From Candidatus Nitrotoga sp. 1052 (GTDB lineage Bacteria; Pseudomonadota; Gammaproteobacteria; Burkholderiales; Gallionellaceae), in contig NZ_CAKMHQ010000045.1 in NCBI RefSeq assembly GCF_927312905.1, forward strand, positions 58,229 through 122,228: 64,000 nt of DNA, in the 5' to 3' direction. Below, one piece after another: positions 40,637 to 50,223 of the stretch. The notes under the pieces were generated by a model that was not told the origin of the DNA, did no database searches, and saw nothing but the letters and a program-made list of their open reading frames with translations. Made by a program: the position numbers and the translations under genes. The stretch's first letter is position 1; each line of letters opens with the position of its first letter.

Positions 40637-41848
40637 TTAACCCTTGACTGGCACCACTTTGCTGGCGGCTAGTTTGGCGCGTATTCTCGCTTCGTCGGTA
40701 TCTACTCCGTTTGCCAACGCCACGCCCATACGCCGTTTTAAAAACGATTCCGGTTTACCAAACAAGCGCAAATCGCTTTGCGGGACACGTAACGCTTCAT
40801 CGACACCAGTAAAAGCGATAGCCGATTCTTCCAGTTGCCCATAAATCACCGCGCTCGCGCCCGGTGCACGCAATGCGGTACTCACTGGCAGACCGAGTAT
40901 GGCGCGGGCATGCAGCTCAAATTCATTCTGGACCTGACTGCACATCGTAACCATGCCAGTGTCGTGCGGACGCGGGCTGACTTCACTGAACCACACATCA
41001 TCGCCATTGACGAACAGTTCGACACCGAAGATACCTAAGCCCCCGAGATTGTCCGTAACTTTCCTGGCAATATCGCGTGTGCGCTTTAAAGCCATTTCAG
41101 ACATAGCCTGCGGCTGCCAGCTTTCAACATAGTCACCATGAATTTGGACATGCCCGATCGGTTCGCAGAAATGCGTTTCGACTTCGCCATTACTGCCCAT
41201 CGCACGCACGGTGAGCTGAGTAATTTCATATTCGAAATTAATAAAACCCTCGACGATTACCCGCCCCTGGTTCACCCGGCTGCCGCTGGCTGCATAATTC
41301 CACGCCTGCTCCACCTCCGCCGCGCTGTCGATTTTAGACTGCCCCTTGCCGGAGGAGGACATCACCGGTTTCACCACGCATGGATAGCCGATGCCGTCAT
41401 CAATCGCCGCCCGCAACTCTCCCATACTGCTGGCAAAGGCATAGGGAGAAGTGGGCAACCCCAATGTTTCCGCAGCAAGGCGGCGAATTCCCTCACGGTG
41501 CATGGTAAGTTGAGCGGCGCGTGCGGTTGGAATAACTCGCGCCAATCCCTCCCGCTCAATCTCGACCAGCATGTCGGTGGCAATAGCTTCAATCTCCGGC
41601 ACGATAAGGTGCGGCTGTTCGCGCTCGACCAGATCACGCAATGCCGCAGCATCCGTCATGTTGATGACATGTGCACGATGTGCCACCTGATGTCCCGGTG
41701 CATTGGGATAACGATCCACGGCAATGGTCTCCACACCCAAGCGTTGCAATGCGATGATAACTTCCTTACCGAGTTCACCGCTGCCCAGCAACATAACTTT
41801 GGTAGCGGAGGAGCTAAGTGGTGTTCCGACAGTGAGTTGTTTTTTCAT
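40637..41848 (-). CDS. purT: Formate-dependent phosphoribosylglycinamide formyltransferase (GAR transformylase 2)
   Basis: ATP-grasp enzyme. N-terminal [12 protein letters not shown] and the PurT-specific length and motifs ([15 protein letters not shown]). Confidence 0.85.
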   Translation of the reverse strand: MKKQLTVGTPLSSSATKVMLLGSGELGKEVIIALQRLGVETIAVDRYPNAPGHQVAHRAHVINMTDAAALRDLVEREQPHLIVPEIEAIATDMLVEIEREGLARVIPTARAAQLTMHREGIRRLAAETLGLPTSPYAFASSMGELRAAIDDGIGYPCVVKPVMSSSGKGQSKIDSAAEVEQAWNYAASGSRVNQGRVIVEGFINFEYEITQLTVRAMGSNGEVETHFCEPIGHVQIHGDYVESWQPQAMSEMALKRTRDIARKVTDNLGGLGIFGVELFVNGDDVWFSEVSPRPHDTGMVTMCSQVQNEFELHARAILGLPVSTALRAPGASAVIYGQLEESAIAFTGVDEALRVPQSDLRLFGKPESFLKRRMGVALANGVDTDEARIRAKLAASKVVPVKG

Positions 41849-42658
41849 AACTGGTACGAATAAGAAGTTATAACCTGGAAGGCAATACCGGCGAGACTAG
41901 TGGTGCGGAGTGCTGATTAATTCAATCCATTATCGGATAGCGCAAAAAGCGCTAAGCGCTGAAGAAACCCAATGCTGTATTGGTATAAGCAAACCGAGCA
42001 GAGCATAAGACGGCGATTCAATTCAGGAAATGGTCGTTCAACGTATTAAAAGCGTGGAAATCTAATACGCATAGAAATAATAGCATCAACTTTACGCAAA
42101 TGCGTTCATAAATTGATCTTCCTTACAATACCGTTAAACATGACACGAGCTGCCGTTTCAAGTGTGTGAAAATAACATGTTAAAAATTACCCTATGAGGA
42201 GACAAGTTACGCAATGGCATTGAAATACGGCTACATGCCGTCAGACAGATCAATGAGGTAGTGTGTTAGAACCAGCACGCTTAATGTTGTGGCAATTAAT
42301 GATATTCTGATGATAGGTAAACAGGTAGATTCCAGCAATATGGCGATAGATAGGCCATTGCATGCTGCATTGCTGTTACTCACGACCGCCACATTTTAAA
42401 ACATTGCATGGATATCTGCATTGGATAAAATTTCAAGAATTGACAGTGGAATGCTAACTGACCTATATGTTCAATACGAATCAACCAAGCAAGGTTGAGA
42501 TACGCATTTTATTAACCTGCTCGACAAAATTAGGGAGTTCGGGGAATTAAAACTGAAAAAAAGGCATCTCAGTTTGGGCCACGGCGAAATTTTTTACCTG
42601 GTCATCAATAAGTTTTTTAACTAGCAAGTGGGGATTATCCCCTCATTTGGAGATAACC

Positions 42659-43306
42659 ATGCAAGAGCTACAAGAAGTTTGGATCGCATTTAAACTCGGC
42701 GGGATAATTATCCTGCCATTGTCGTTACTGGGGGTAATCGCTTTAGCCATTATGCTTGAGAAGGCATTCCTCTATGGCCGTTTTGCACGTCTCTCACATG
42801 ACTTGCTAAACCTTGTTGAAACTTATGGCTTCGCATGGGAAGACCTGGAAAAGATACTTTCCGGGTTGAATGAACGTCACTATTACAAGCGATTCTTTGA
42901 GGTAGTGATCGCCAACCGGCATCGGCCTTCATGGTGGACTGAGTCTCGTGCAGCTGATGAAGCCCAGTTGATTGAAACATCCCTTGCGCGCAGGTTATGG
43001 GTGTTAGAAACCATCGTCACCGCTGCTCCTTTGCTCGGGCTGATGGGAACAATTGTTGGAATGATGCATGCTTTCCAGATAATTGGCGGCAGCGGCGTTG
43101 TCAATCCTACGGGGGTGACAGGAGGCGTGGCTCAGGCACTTATTGCAACTGCAGTCGGCCTATTGATTGCGCTTATTGCATTGTTCGGATTTAATTATTT
43201 TTCCCGTCTGCAATCACAAACGATGGATGAAATGGAGCGCCTTGGTACGCGTCTGATTGATCACATCCGTTTGGATCAACAGGGTAGCCCCCATGAAGCT
43301 GCGTAA
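42659..43306 (+). CDS. MotA/TolQ/ExbB family proton channel (second paralog)
   Basis: Three transmembrane helices and a conserved LGLMGTIVGMMHAF...ALIATAVGLL core. Start ATG 42659 behind a ggag ribosome-binding site. Confidence 0.65.
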   Translation: MQELQEVWIAFKLGGIIILPLSLLGVIALAIMLEKAFLYGRFARLSHDLLNLVETYGFAWEDLEKILSGLNERHYYKRFFEVVIANRHRPSWWTESRAADEAQLIETSLARRLWVLETIVTAAPLLGLMGTIVGMMHAFQIIGGSGVVNPTGVTGGVAQALIATAVGLLIALIALFGFNYFSRLQSQTMDEMERLGTRLIDHIRLDQQGSPHEAA

Positions 43307-43694
43307 ATCCAGAACGTATTGCAAGGGGCGCATCGAGATCATTCCGATGATCGATGTGATGTTTTTCTTACTGGTGACATTCATGCTCTCTTCATTGTCA
43401 ATGCAGAATCTTGATTCCCTGCAGGTGAATCTGCCCCAAGGGGAAGCCGAAAAACTCAAAGCTGACGCGCCGGTAACGCTGACACTGACTGGTGATAGCC
43501 AAATTTTTATCAATCGTATTCCCGTAACACTGGAAACCCTGGCCGCCACGCTCAGGCCGCTATTGCACGATTCGCAACAGAGCTTGGTCGTATCAGCGGA
43601 CAACGAAGCACCGCAAGGCATTGTAGTGCAGGCGATGTTGCAGGCTCGATCCGCCGGCGCCCAACATTTTTTGATTGCGATAAAACATAAATGA
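43293..43694 (+). CDS. ExbD/TolR family protein (second paralog)
   Basis: IEIIPMIDVMFFLLVTFML single transmembrane helix plus a periplasmic domain. Start overlaps the upstream gene's end. Confidence 0.65.
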   Translation: MKLRKSRTYCKGRIEIIPMIDVMFFLLVTFMLSSLSMQNLDSLQVNLPQGEAEKLKADAPVTLTLTGDSQIFINRIPVTLETLAATLRPLLHDSQQSLVVSADNEAPQGIVVQAMLQARSAGAQHFLIAIKHK

Positions 43695-43704
43695 CGTGGT
43701 AAGC

Positions 43705-44646
43705 ATGCCCGAATCTAGATCGAAGGAGATTCGATTCTGGTGGCCAATACCGCTGGCGACCATCATTTGGCTGGCCATCATTTTGGAATTTGGATATTTC
43801 CTGGCATCTCCCAAGACAGAGATTGTTCCTTTGCCTCCAATTGATGCACGCTTTGTAGAATTGCCCGAAACAAAACCAGAACAAGAATCCTCGCCTACCC
43901 CAAAAAAGAGTTCTCAGACTCAACCTGAGCCTAAACCTGAGCCTAAACCTGAGCCTAAACCTGAGACTAAACCTGAGCCTAAACCCGAGCCTAAATCCAA
44001 ACCTGAGCCTGAGCCAAAACCAAAACATGAACCCCCGCCCTCGCCTCAACCTCAGGCTATCGAAACGGAAATACCAATTAAGCCTTTACCGAAAAGAACA
44101 GTCACGGAGACTGAGGTCCCGTTAGCCATCCCCCCAGCGTCACATTCGGCACCTCCGGCTGACCTGGCGAGCTACATTAACGCCGCCAGAGCGCGCCGCC
44201 AGGCAGCCGAAATTTCTGATGAACGTGATAACGCTGAAACAATATCTAACCAGCGCCAGCTTTCAGCTGATGAAAAAAGGATGGCTAACATCAGACGCAA
44301 TCTTCAGCCACCAGGCACAAGCGGTGTATTTCAAATTCTCAGCATGGGTGTTCGGACCGCCCGATTTTCATTTCGAGGCTGGACAACAGACTATAACAAC
44401 TCTCGGCGCGAAGTAATCGAAGTCGATGCCGGGTTAAATGGTGATGTGGAGCGCGCAATCATTCGCAGGATGATCGAACTGATTCGCAAGCATTTCAAAG
44501 GAGATTTTAATTGGGAATCGCAACGCCTCAACCGCGTTGTCGTCCTGTCTGCACGCATGGAAGATAATGCGGGACTTGAAGATTTTTTGATGCTTGAGTT
44601 CTTTGGCACAGACTCTGGATTTCAGCGAAGTCCGCCATTGCGTTAA
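43705..44646 (+). CDS. TonB-like energy-transducer candidate: transmembrane anchor, Pro-rich PEPK-repeat spacer, and an atypical C-terminal domain
   Basis: N-terminal transmembrane helix (IPLATIIWLAIILEF). Long Pro/Glu/Lys-rich rigid spacer (PEPKPEPKPEPKPETKPEPKPEPKSKPEPEPKP). The last ~120 aa lack the canonical TonB_C signature. Confidence 0.45.
   Translation: MPESRSKEIRFWWPIPLATIIWLAIILEFGYFLASPKTEIVPLPPIDARFVELPETKPEQESSPTPKKSSQTQPEPKPEPKPEPKPETKPEPKPEPKSKPEPEPKPKHEPPPSPQPQAIETEIPIKPLPKRTVTETEVPLAIPPASHSAPPADLASYINAARARRQAAEISDERDNAETISNQRQLSADEKRMANIRRNLQPPGTSGVFQILSMGVRTARFSFRGWTTDYNNSRREVIEVDAGLNGDVERAIIRRMIELIRKHFKGDFNWESQRLNRVVVLSARMEDNAGLEDFLMLEFFGTDSGFQRSPPLR
43921..44013 (+). repeat. 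Coding 12-bp tandem repeat (cctgagcctaaa)n encoding (PEPK)n
   Basis: About 7.5 near-perfect 12-nt units within the TonB-like gene. Confidence 0.85.
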
Positions 44647-44884
44647 TGCATCTTCATACGGTTTAGTACGATTCCAGGATCCTGAATTCGAATACCAGCA
44701 ACTATGAGAAGCTTGCCAACAATCCAGAAGACTACCAACGATACGAAAGGTACAAACCATTTACACAATCGTATTTGGTTCTGCAGCGTGCGGGGAATCC
44801 GGCATTCAAACAGAAACAAGGCTTCTCCAGCTTGCGCCATTGCTGCCGGTTACTAGTTTCGATATGCAACTTGGGAGTATATTC

Positions 44885-45187
44885 ATGAAACGCATCGAAC
44901 GTAATAAACCAATACGATTAGAAGATTTGCCGAACATTGGCAAGTCAATTGCGTCCGATCTTCGAAATATTGGAATCCATTACCCAGATCAACTTGTCAA
45001 CCGTGAACCTCTAGTAACATTCCGCGAACTGGCTAAGGTCATGGGCCATCGTCATGATCCGTGCGTGCTCTATACTTTAATTTCGGTTAAACACTTTCTT
45101 CAAGGTGAAGAAGCCCTCCCATGGTGGAAGTACACGTCCGAAGGAAAAAAATTGCTGGCGTCATCCAGTGAAGATGAACGCACCTGA
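44885..45187 (+). CDS. Standalone TfoX/Sxy C-terminal-domain protein
   Basis: LEDLPNIGKSIASDLRNIGIHYPDQL...FRELAKVMG fits the TfoX_C pattern (LpNiG....L...GI.t...L...G....y.). About 100 aa. gggag ribosome-binding site before ATG 44885. Confidence 0.45.
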   Translation: MKRIERNKPIRLEDLPNIGKSIASDLRNIGIHYPDQLVNREPLVTFRELAKVMGHRHDPCVLYTLISVKHFLQGEEALPWWKYTSEGKKLLASSSEDERT

Positions 45188-45318
45188 AATTACGTGCATC
45201 TGTCGTGCAAATTGACTGTCGAAATTTTTCTGCGCCATGATATTGGCCGGAAACTTAATTTCCAGAGCCCCATCAAGCAAGACCGGTATTTCCTGAAAAT
45301 CAAGCTGTAATTTTTGGA

Positions 45319-45795
45319 CTATTTTATAGCAGGTGCGCTAACGGATGACGCGGCATTCACTGCAGATTGTCCTTTAGCAGCCTGCTTCATAGCATATGCA
45401 GCTTCCGGGGCTATGTAGTTTTCATCATGCTTGGCCAACACCTCATCCGCACGGAACACGTTCCCAGCCTCAAGCTTGCCATGTACCACCACCCCTTTCC
45501 CTTCCTTGAAGAGATCGGGCAAGAAACCTTTGTACACAACCGGCATACTCTTGGCGGTATCGGTTATGCTGAAATGCACTGTCAAACCATCGCTCTGACG
45601 CTTGACACTATCCACAACCACTAATCCGCCCATACGGAAGCCGCGCCCCTGCGGCGCTTCTTTGTTAAGAACTTGGGTCGGGGTAAAGTACAGGCTAATA
45701 TTATCGTTTAGTGCATATAACACCAAACCTATAGCTGTACCCAAAGCAACAAGTGCAAGAATTATATATACAAATTTTCTCTGACGCGGTTTCAT
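45319..45795 (-). CDS. ccmE: Cytochrome c-type biogenesis heme chaperone CcmE
   Basis: N-terminal transmembrane anchor, OB-fold, and the conserved heme-binding His context in VLAKHDENYIAPE. 158 aa from ATG 45795. Confidence 0.85.
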   Translation of the reverse strand: MKPRQRKFVYIILALVALGTAIGLVLYALNDNISLYFTPTQVLNKEAPQGRGFRMGGLVVVDSVKRQSDGLTVHFSITDTAKSMPVVYKGFLPDLFKEGKGVVVHGKLEAGNVFRADEVLAKHDENYIAPEAAYAMKQAAKGQSAVNAASSVSAPAIK

Positions 45796-46023
45796 GTTAT
45801 TTTTTTCCAATATCAATATTATTTCAGTCCGAATGCTTTATGAATCGACACAGTTTCGATTGCTTTGAGTTTATTTTGTAAGGTTTTGTTCCATCAGGTA
45901 TCTGAATACTCCACGCTTGTGTTCGCATAGATAAACATTCTTGTCCAATTCGAAGAATTTTTCGCGATCATCGCACGAATTGATGAAACGATTAGAATAG
46001 CTGGCAAACCTGTCCTTGAAACA

Positions 46024-46194
46024 TTACGTCATATCATCTTCTGCATTGCGCATCAGGTGTAATTGCTGCAAGATAAGTGCTCTTCTGTGGCGCACCATCA
46101 CAATTTCAATAATAAATATCAGCAGTGCCATTCCGTACGAGCCCCATATATACCAGGCATAGCCATTCATGGCAAAAAACTCACCCCAGTTCAT
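46024..46194 (-). CDS. ccmD: Heme exporter protein D
   Basis: Reverse strand reads MNWGEFFAMNGYAWYIWGSYGMALLIFIIEIVMVRHRRALILQQLHLMRNAEDDMT (56 aa, single transmembrane helix). Its ATG overlaps the ccmC stop (ATGA). Not in the ORF track because it is under 60 aa. Confidence 0.65.
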   Translation of the reverse strand: MNWGEFFAMNGYAWYIWGSYGMALLIFIIEIVMVRHRRALILQQLHLMRNAEDDMT

Positions 46195-46928
46195 CGCTTA
46201 ACCTCCGCGAGCTCAGATACCCACTGGGCCTTGCATTCACGCTCTAAAATAATACATCGCACACGTAGTAAAGAAACCGCAATGGCATATAGCCAGACCG
46301 CCATCATCATGGTGTACATGCCCTGCTGCATAGCCACGTGCATGCTAGTGCCGGTGAATTTTACCGAAGCTCCTTGATGCAGGGTATTCCACCATTGCAC
46401 CGAAAAATAGATGATAGGGACATTGACCGAGCCTATTATGGCGAGCAGTGCGCTGGCACGGTCGGCACGACGCGGATCATCAATCGAGGCATGCAAAGCG
46501 ATAAAACCAAGATACAGGAATAGTAAGATGAGTTCAGAAGTCAGTCGCGCATCCCATACCCACCATGCCCCCCACATCGGCTTGCCCCACAACGCGCCAG
46601 TCCATAGCGAAAGAAAAGCAAGCAGCGCGCCCGTAGGTGCCAGCGCAGAAGCCATCATGGAAGACAAGCGCGTATTGAAAATCAGCCCTAGCGCGGCATA
46701 ACCCGCCATGACCAGGTAGATAAACATAGACAGGATGGAAGCAGGCACATGTATGAACATGATGCGGTAAGCTTCGCTTTGCTGGATATCAGTCGGTGCC
46801 ACAAAAAAACCAATATAAAGGCCCACAACAAACAGGATTGCGGCCGACCACGCGAACCACGGCACCATCTTGCCGGCCGCCCCATAAAAGGTGCTCGGCG
46901 AGGAATATTTAAACCAGTTTATAGCCAA
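46191..46928 (-). CDS. ccmC: Heme exporter protein C
   Basis: WGxxWxWD-type tryptophan-rich motif (MWGAWWVWDARL) and 6 transmembrane helices. Confidence 0.85.
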   Translation of the reverse strand: MAINWFKYSSPSTFYGAAGKMVPWFAWSAAILFVVGLYIGFFVAPTDIQQSEAYRIMFIHVPASILSMFIYLVMAGYAALGLIFNTRLSSMMASALAPTGALLAFLSLWTGALWGKPMWGAWWVWDARLTSELILLFLYLGFIALHASIDDPRRADRASALLAIIGSVNVPIIYFSVQWWNTLHQGASVKFTGTSMHVAMQQGMYTMMMAVWLYAIAVSLLRVRCIILERECKAQWVSELAEVKR

Positions 46929-46959
46929 TATCTACTCAATTAAAAATACACAATGTGTT

Positions 46960-47658
46960 TTATTCCATCGAAATACGCAGAGCGAGGGCCGTAACCCATG
47001 GCGTGAATGCCAATGCCATCACCAGTAGCGCGCCTAGCAACGACAAGTGAGAGCTCACACTTGTGCCACTTACAACGGCTTCCACTGCGCCTGCTCCAAA
47101 AACCAACACCGGGATGCACAACGGCAATACCAGTAGCGACACTAACGCCCCGCCGCCGCGCAGCCCCAGTGTCAGCGCAGCACCGACCGCACCTATCATG
47201 CTGAGTATCGGTGTGCCAAGCAGCAGGGCAGCGATCAATACCCATAATGCCTGCGCCGACATATCAAACTGCAAGCCCAGCACCGGAGCCATAATCACCA
47301 ACGGCAAACCGGAGACCATCCAGTGCGCCAAAATCTTAGCTAACACGAGTACCGACAGCGACTGCGGTACCAGCATCATCTGCTCCAGAGTACCATCCAG
47401 ATAATCCGCTGAGAACATGCGCCCCAGTGATAGCATTGAAGCCAACAAAGCCGCCACCCAAACCACGCCGGGAGCCATTTTGCGCAGCATATCCATTTCG
47501 GGACCCACCCCTAAGGGGAACAGACTGACCACCATGACGAAAAAAACCAGTGTGGTCAGCACATCGGCACGACGACGCATGGCCAGCACCAGATCGCGAC
47601 GAATCACCAGGCTCAACAAACCTATCAGCGACAACTTGTTCATGACAGCGCAAGCCAC
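46960..47658 (-). CDS. ccmB: Heme exporter protein B (ABC permease)
   Basis: Six-helix membrane protein of 232 aa between ccmA and ccmC. Conserved FxxD(x)4DG(S/T)L region (FSADYLDGTL). Confidence 0.8.
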   Translation of the reverse strand: MACAVMNKLSLIGLLSLVIRRDLVLAMRRRADVLTTLVFFVMVVSLFPLGVGPEMDMLRKMAPGVVWVAALLASMLSLGRMFSADYLDGTLEQMMLVPQSLSVLVLAKILAHWMVSGLPLVIMAPVLGLQFDMSAQALWVLIAALLLGTPILSMIGAVGAALTLGLRGGGALVSLLVLPLCIPVLVFGAGAVEAVVSGTSVSSHLSLLGALLVMALAFTPWVTALALRISME

Positions 47659-48254
47659 CGCGTTGCAACCCCGACCACTTCCAGTGGCTGATGAGTAGTG
47701 TAGATCACCATGCCGTTATTCACCAGATGCTCGCCAATCAATTCTTGCATCAGCCCAACCGCGCCCACGTCCAGTGCAGTGAGCGGTTCATCCAGTATCC
47801 ATAAAGGGGCATTGCTAAGCAACAAGCGCGCCAATGCCACACGCCGACGTTGCCCTTGAGACAGCACTTTGACCGGCAAAGTTTCCCGGCCGCGCAGACC
47901 CATACGACGTAAGGCCGCAATTACCTGTTTATCATTCACCTTGCAGCCAGCGAGCCCTGCACTAATGCGCAAGTTCTCCAGCGCATTCAATTCATCCTTG
48001 ATGGCATTCAAATGGCCGAGATAAATCATCTCTGCATAAAATGCATCACCCAGCTCACGGATGTTCTGCCCGCGCCAACGAATCTCGCCCGCAACAGGCA
48101 TCATAAAACCGCATAAAGTACGCAGCAAGCTGGTCTTGCCACTGCCGTTGGCGCCCTGCACCTGTAGCAACTCGCCAGCTGAGAGAGAAAAATTCAGATC
48201 AGAAAATAGCAGATGATCTCCGCGACTACAAGCAAGATTGCTAATTTCCAGCAT
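47640..48254 (-). CDS. ccmA: Heme exporter ATP-binding protein CcmA
   Basis: Walker A GANGSGKTSLLR, ABC signature LSQGQRRRVALAR, Walker B LWILDEP. 204 aa. Confidence 0.8.
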   Translation of the reverse strand: MLEISNLACSRGDHLLFSDLNFSLSAGELLQVQGANGSGKTSLLRTLCGFMMPVAGEIRWRGQNIRELGDAFYAEMIYLGHLNAIKDELNALENLRISAGLAGCKVNDKQVIAALRRMGLRGRETLPVKVLSQGQRRRVALARLLLSNAPLWILDEPLTALDVGAVGLMQELIGEHLVNNGMVIYTTHQPLEVVGVATRWLALS

Positions 48255-48411
48255 TACGTGGTCGGTTTTCGCTCAATATAAAATAGCGCGGAATTGTATA
48301 CGATTGCACCAGTGCATGTTAGCCAAAAAGTGAAGGTGTCTGCTACTCGATGTAGCGAAAATTAGCTTCGCTGAAAAAACATGGGTTAGAGAAAGCGTAT
48401 TAGCCACGCAA

Positions 48412-49398
48412 TTATTTTTGATAACGATTCACTGCATTGTTGTGTTCATTTAATGTATTTGAAAATTGTGAACTGCCATTCCCGCGCGCCACGAAGTACA
48501 GAGCATCGGTCGAAGCCGGATGAAGAGTCGCCTGTATCGAAGCTAGCCCTGGCAGTGCAATCGGAGTGGGCGGCATGCCTGCGCGGGTATAGGTGTTGTA
48601 CGGCGTATCCACTAGCAAATCGCGCTTGCGCAAATTGCCATCGAAATTCTGTCCCAACCCGTAAATTACGGTCGGATCAGTTTGCAGCAGCATACCCTTG
48701 CGCAGACGGTTGATAAATACGGCCGCTATCATGCCGCGATCACTTGCCTGCCCCGTTTCTTTTTCCACGATAGAGGCCAGAATCAACGCTTCATAGGCCG
48801 ACTTAAGAGGCAAGTCAGGCGTACGTTCTTGCCAACTTTCCTGCAGGTGCATTTGCATAGTCTTGTAGGCGCGCTTAAGCAAGGCAAGGTCGCTTGTACC
48901 TTTGACGAAATAATAGGTATCGGGAAAAAACTGTCCTTCCGCATACGCCTCCGTTGCGCCGATGCGTCGCAGAATCTCTGCTTCGGACAGGCTCGCGCTA
49001 TCATGCCGAATGGCCGGATTGGTATTCAATGCAGCGCGGAATTGGTTGAACGTCCACCCTTCAATTATGCTGAATTCACTCTGGGCGGCCTGCCCTTCTG
49101 TCACGATAGCTAACAATTCCAACATCGTAACCGCAGTTTCCAGTTCATAGTTACCAGCCTGTATCTGTGCAGATTTGCCCAGCATGCGCGCCAACCAGAC
49201 AAACATCCAGTCATTGGGCAACGCGCCAGCCTGTTGCATCTGCCGCGCCGCAGTCTTCAGGCTGCTGCCCTGATTGAGGGAAAATTCCAAGGGAAGCACG
49301 GGAAATGTCAGCGGACGAACAACATAATAGCCAATAGCACTCGCCAGCAGCACGGCCAAAAGCAACACAACGAGCAACAAGCGTTTAATCGTGCGCAT
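48412..49398 (-). CDS. mltG: Endolytic murein transglycosylase MltG (YceG-like)
   Basis: N-terminal transmembrane anchor and YceG family core. 328 aa. Confidence 0.7.
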   Translation of the reverse strand: MRTIKRLLLVVLLLAVLLASAIGYYVVRPLTFPVLPLEFSLNQGSSLKTAARQMQQAGALPNDWMFVWLARMLGKSAQIQAGNYELETAVTMLELLAIVTEGQAAQSEFSIIEGWTFNQFRAALNTNPAIRHDSASLSEAEILRRIGATEAYAEGQFFPDTYYFVKGTSDLALLKRAYKTMQMHLQESWQERTPDLPLKSAYEALILASIVEKETGQASDRGMIAAVFINRLRKGMLLQTDPTVIYGLGQNFDGNLRKRDLLVDTPYNTYTRAGMPPTPIALPGLASIQATLHPASTDALYFVARGNGSSQFSNTLNEHNNAVNRYQK

Positions 49399-50218
49399 GG
49401 TTCAACCATTCCTGCACTTGCATGGAAATCGGGTGATGGCTCCAGTCACTGCCTGACAGCTCACGCACCGGCCATAAACCAATCACACTATTCACCAAAA
49501 ACACTTCGTCAGCAACAAGCAATTCCGCCAGTCCAAACTGCCTGACCCAGCACGGCACACCATGCTTGGCAGCCCACTCTATCACGCGTTCACGCTGTAT
49601 GCCGGCCACGCCACAGCTCGACAAATTCGGTGTAAACAATTCACCGTTCCGTACCATGAAAAGATTGCTGCGTACGCCTTCAATCACATTGCCGAAAATA
49701 TCCAGCAACAGACCCTCTGCGATGTCCGGGTCACTCCATTCCGCAGCAGCCAGAACATTTTCCAAACGGTTAAGGTGTTTAATGCCAGCCAGTTTCGGTT
49801 GATGAGCCAAACGTAAATCGCATATCCGGAGCCTGACACCGTGCGAATAATTCCTGTCTGGATAGTCAAGTGGAGGAGTGAGACTCAGGATGCGTGTCGA
49901 AATCATATTTTCAACTGGCGCATAGCCGCGAGCAGTTTGTTCGCCACGTGTGATGATTATTTTGGCCACACCATCGGGCCGCTGTTCAATCAAACGCCGC
50001 AATTCCTCAAACAGCAGCGCCGCTTCTGGACAAGTGATGCGCAATGCAACGCAATCCTGTTGCAACTTGCGATAGTGACGCGGCCAACACTGTATGCATC
50101 CACCGAGCACACGCAGCGTGCGAAATACGCCATCTCCATATAGCAAGCCGCGGTCATGAATGCTAACCTGATCTCCTGGAACGCCATTGATCAGCATGTA
50201 GTTCCTTGAGACGTGCAA
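49385..50218 (-). CDS. pabC: Aminodeoxychorismate lyase, fold-type IV PLP enzyme
   Basis: Class IV aminotransferase fold about 270 aa long, positioned upstream of mltG as in many proteobacteria. It could alternatively be a D-amino-acid/branched-chain-type class IV enzyme. Confidence 0.6.
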   Translation of the reverse strand: MHVSRNYMLINGVPGDQVSIHDRGLLYGDGVFRTLRVLGGCIQCWPRHYRKLQQDCVALRITCPEAALLFEELRRLIEQRPDGVAKIIITRGEQTARGYAPVENMISTRILSLTPPLDYPDRNYSHGVRLRICDLRLAHQPKLAGIKHLNRLENVLAAAEWSDPDIAEGLLLDIFGNVIEGVRSNLFMVRNGELFTPNLSSCGVAGIQRERVIEWAAKHGVPCWVRQFGLAELLVADEVFLVNSVIGLWPVRELSGSDWSHHPISMQVQEWLNHAHD

Positions 50219-50223
50219 GCGTT

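Noticed and set aside
43921-44013. 12-bp tandem repeat that could be a VNTR or non-coding microsatellite
   Set aside because: It lies in frame inside the TonB-like gene and encodes the (PEPK)n spacer. It is kept as a coding repeat, though it may still vary in length.
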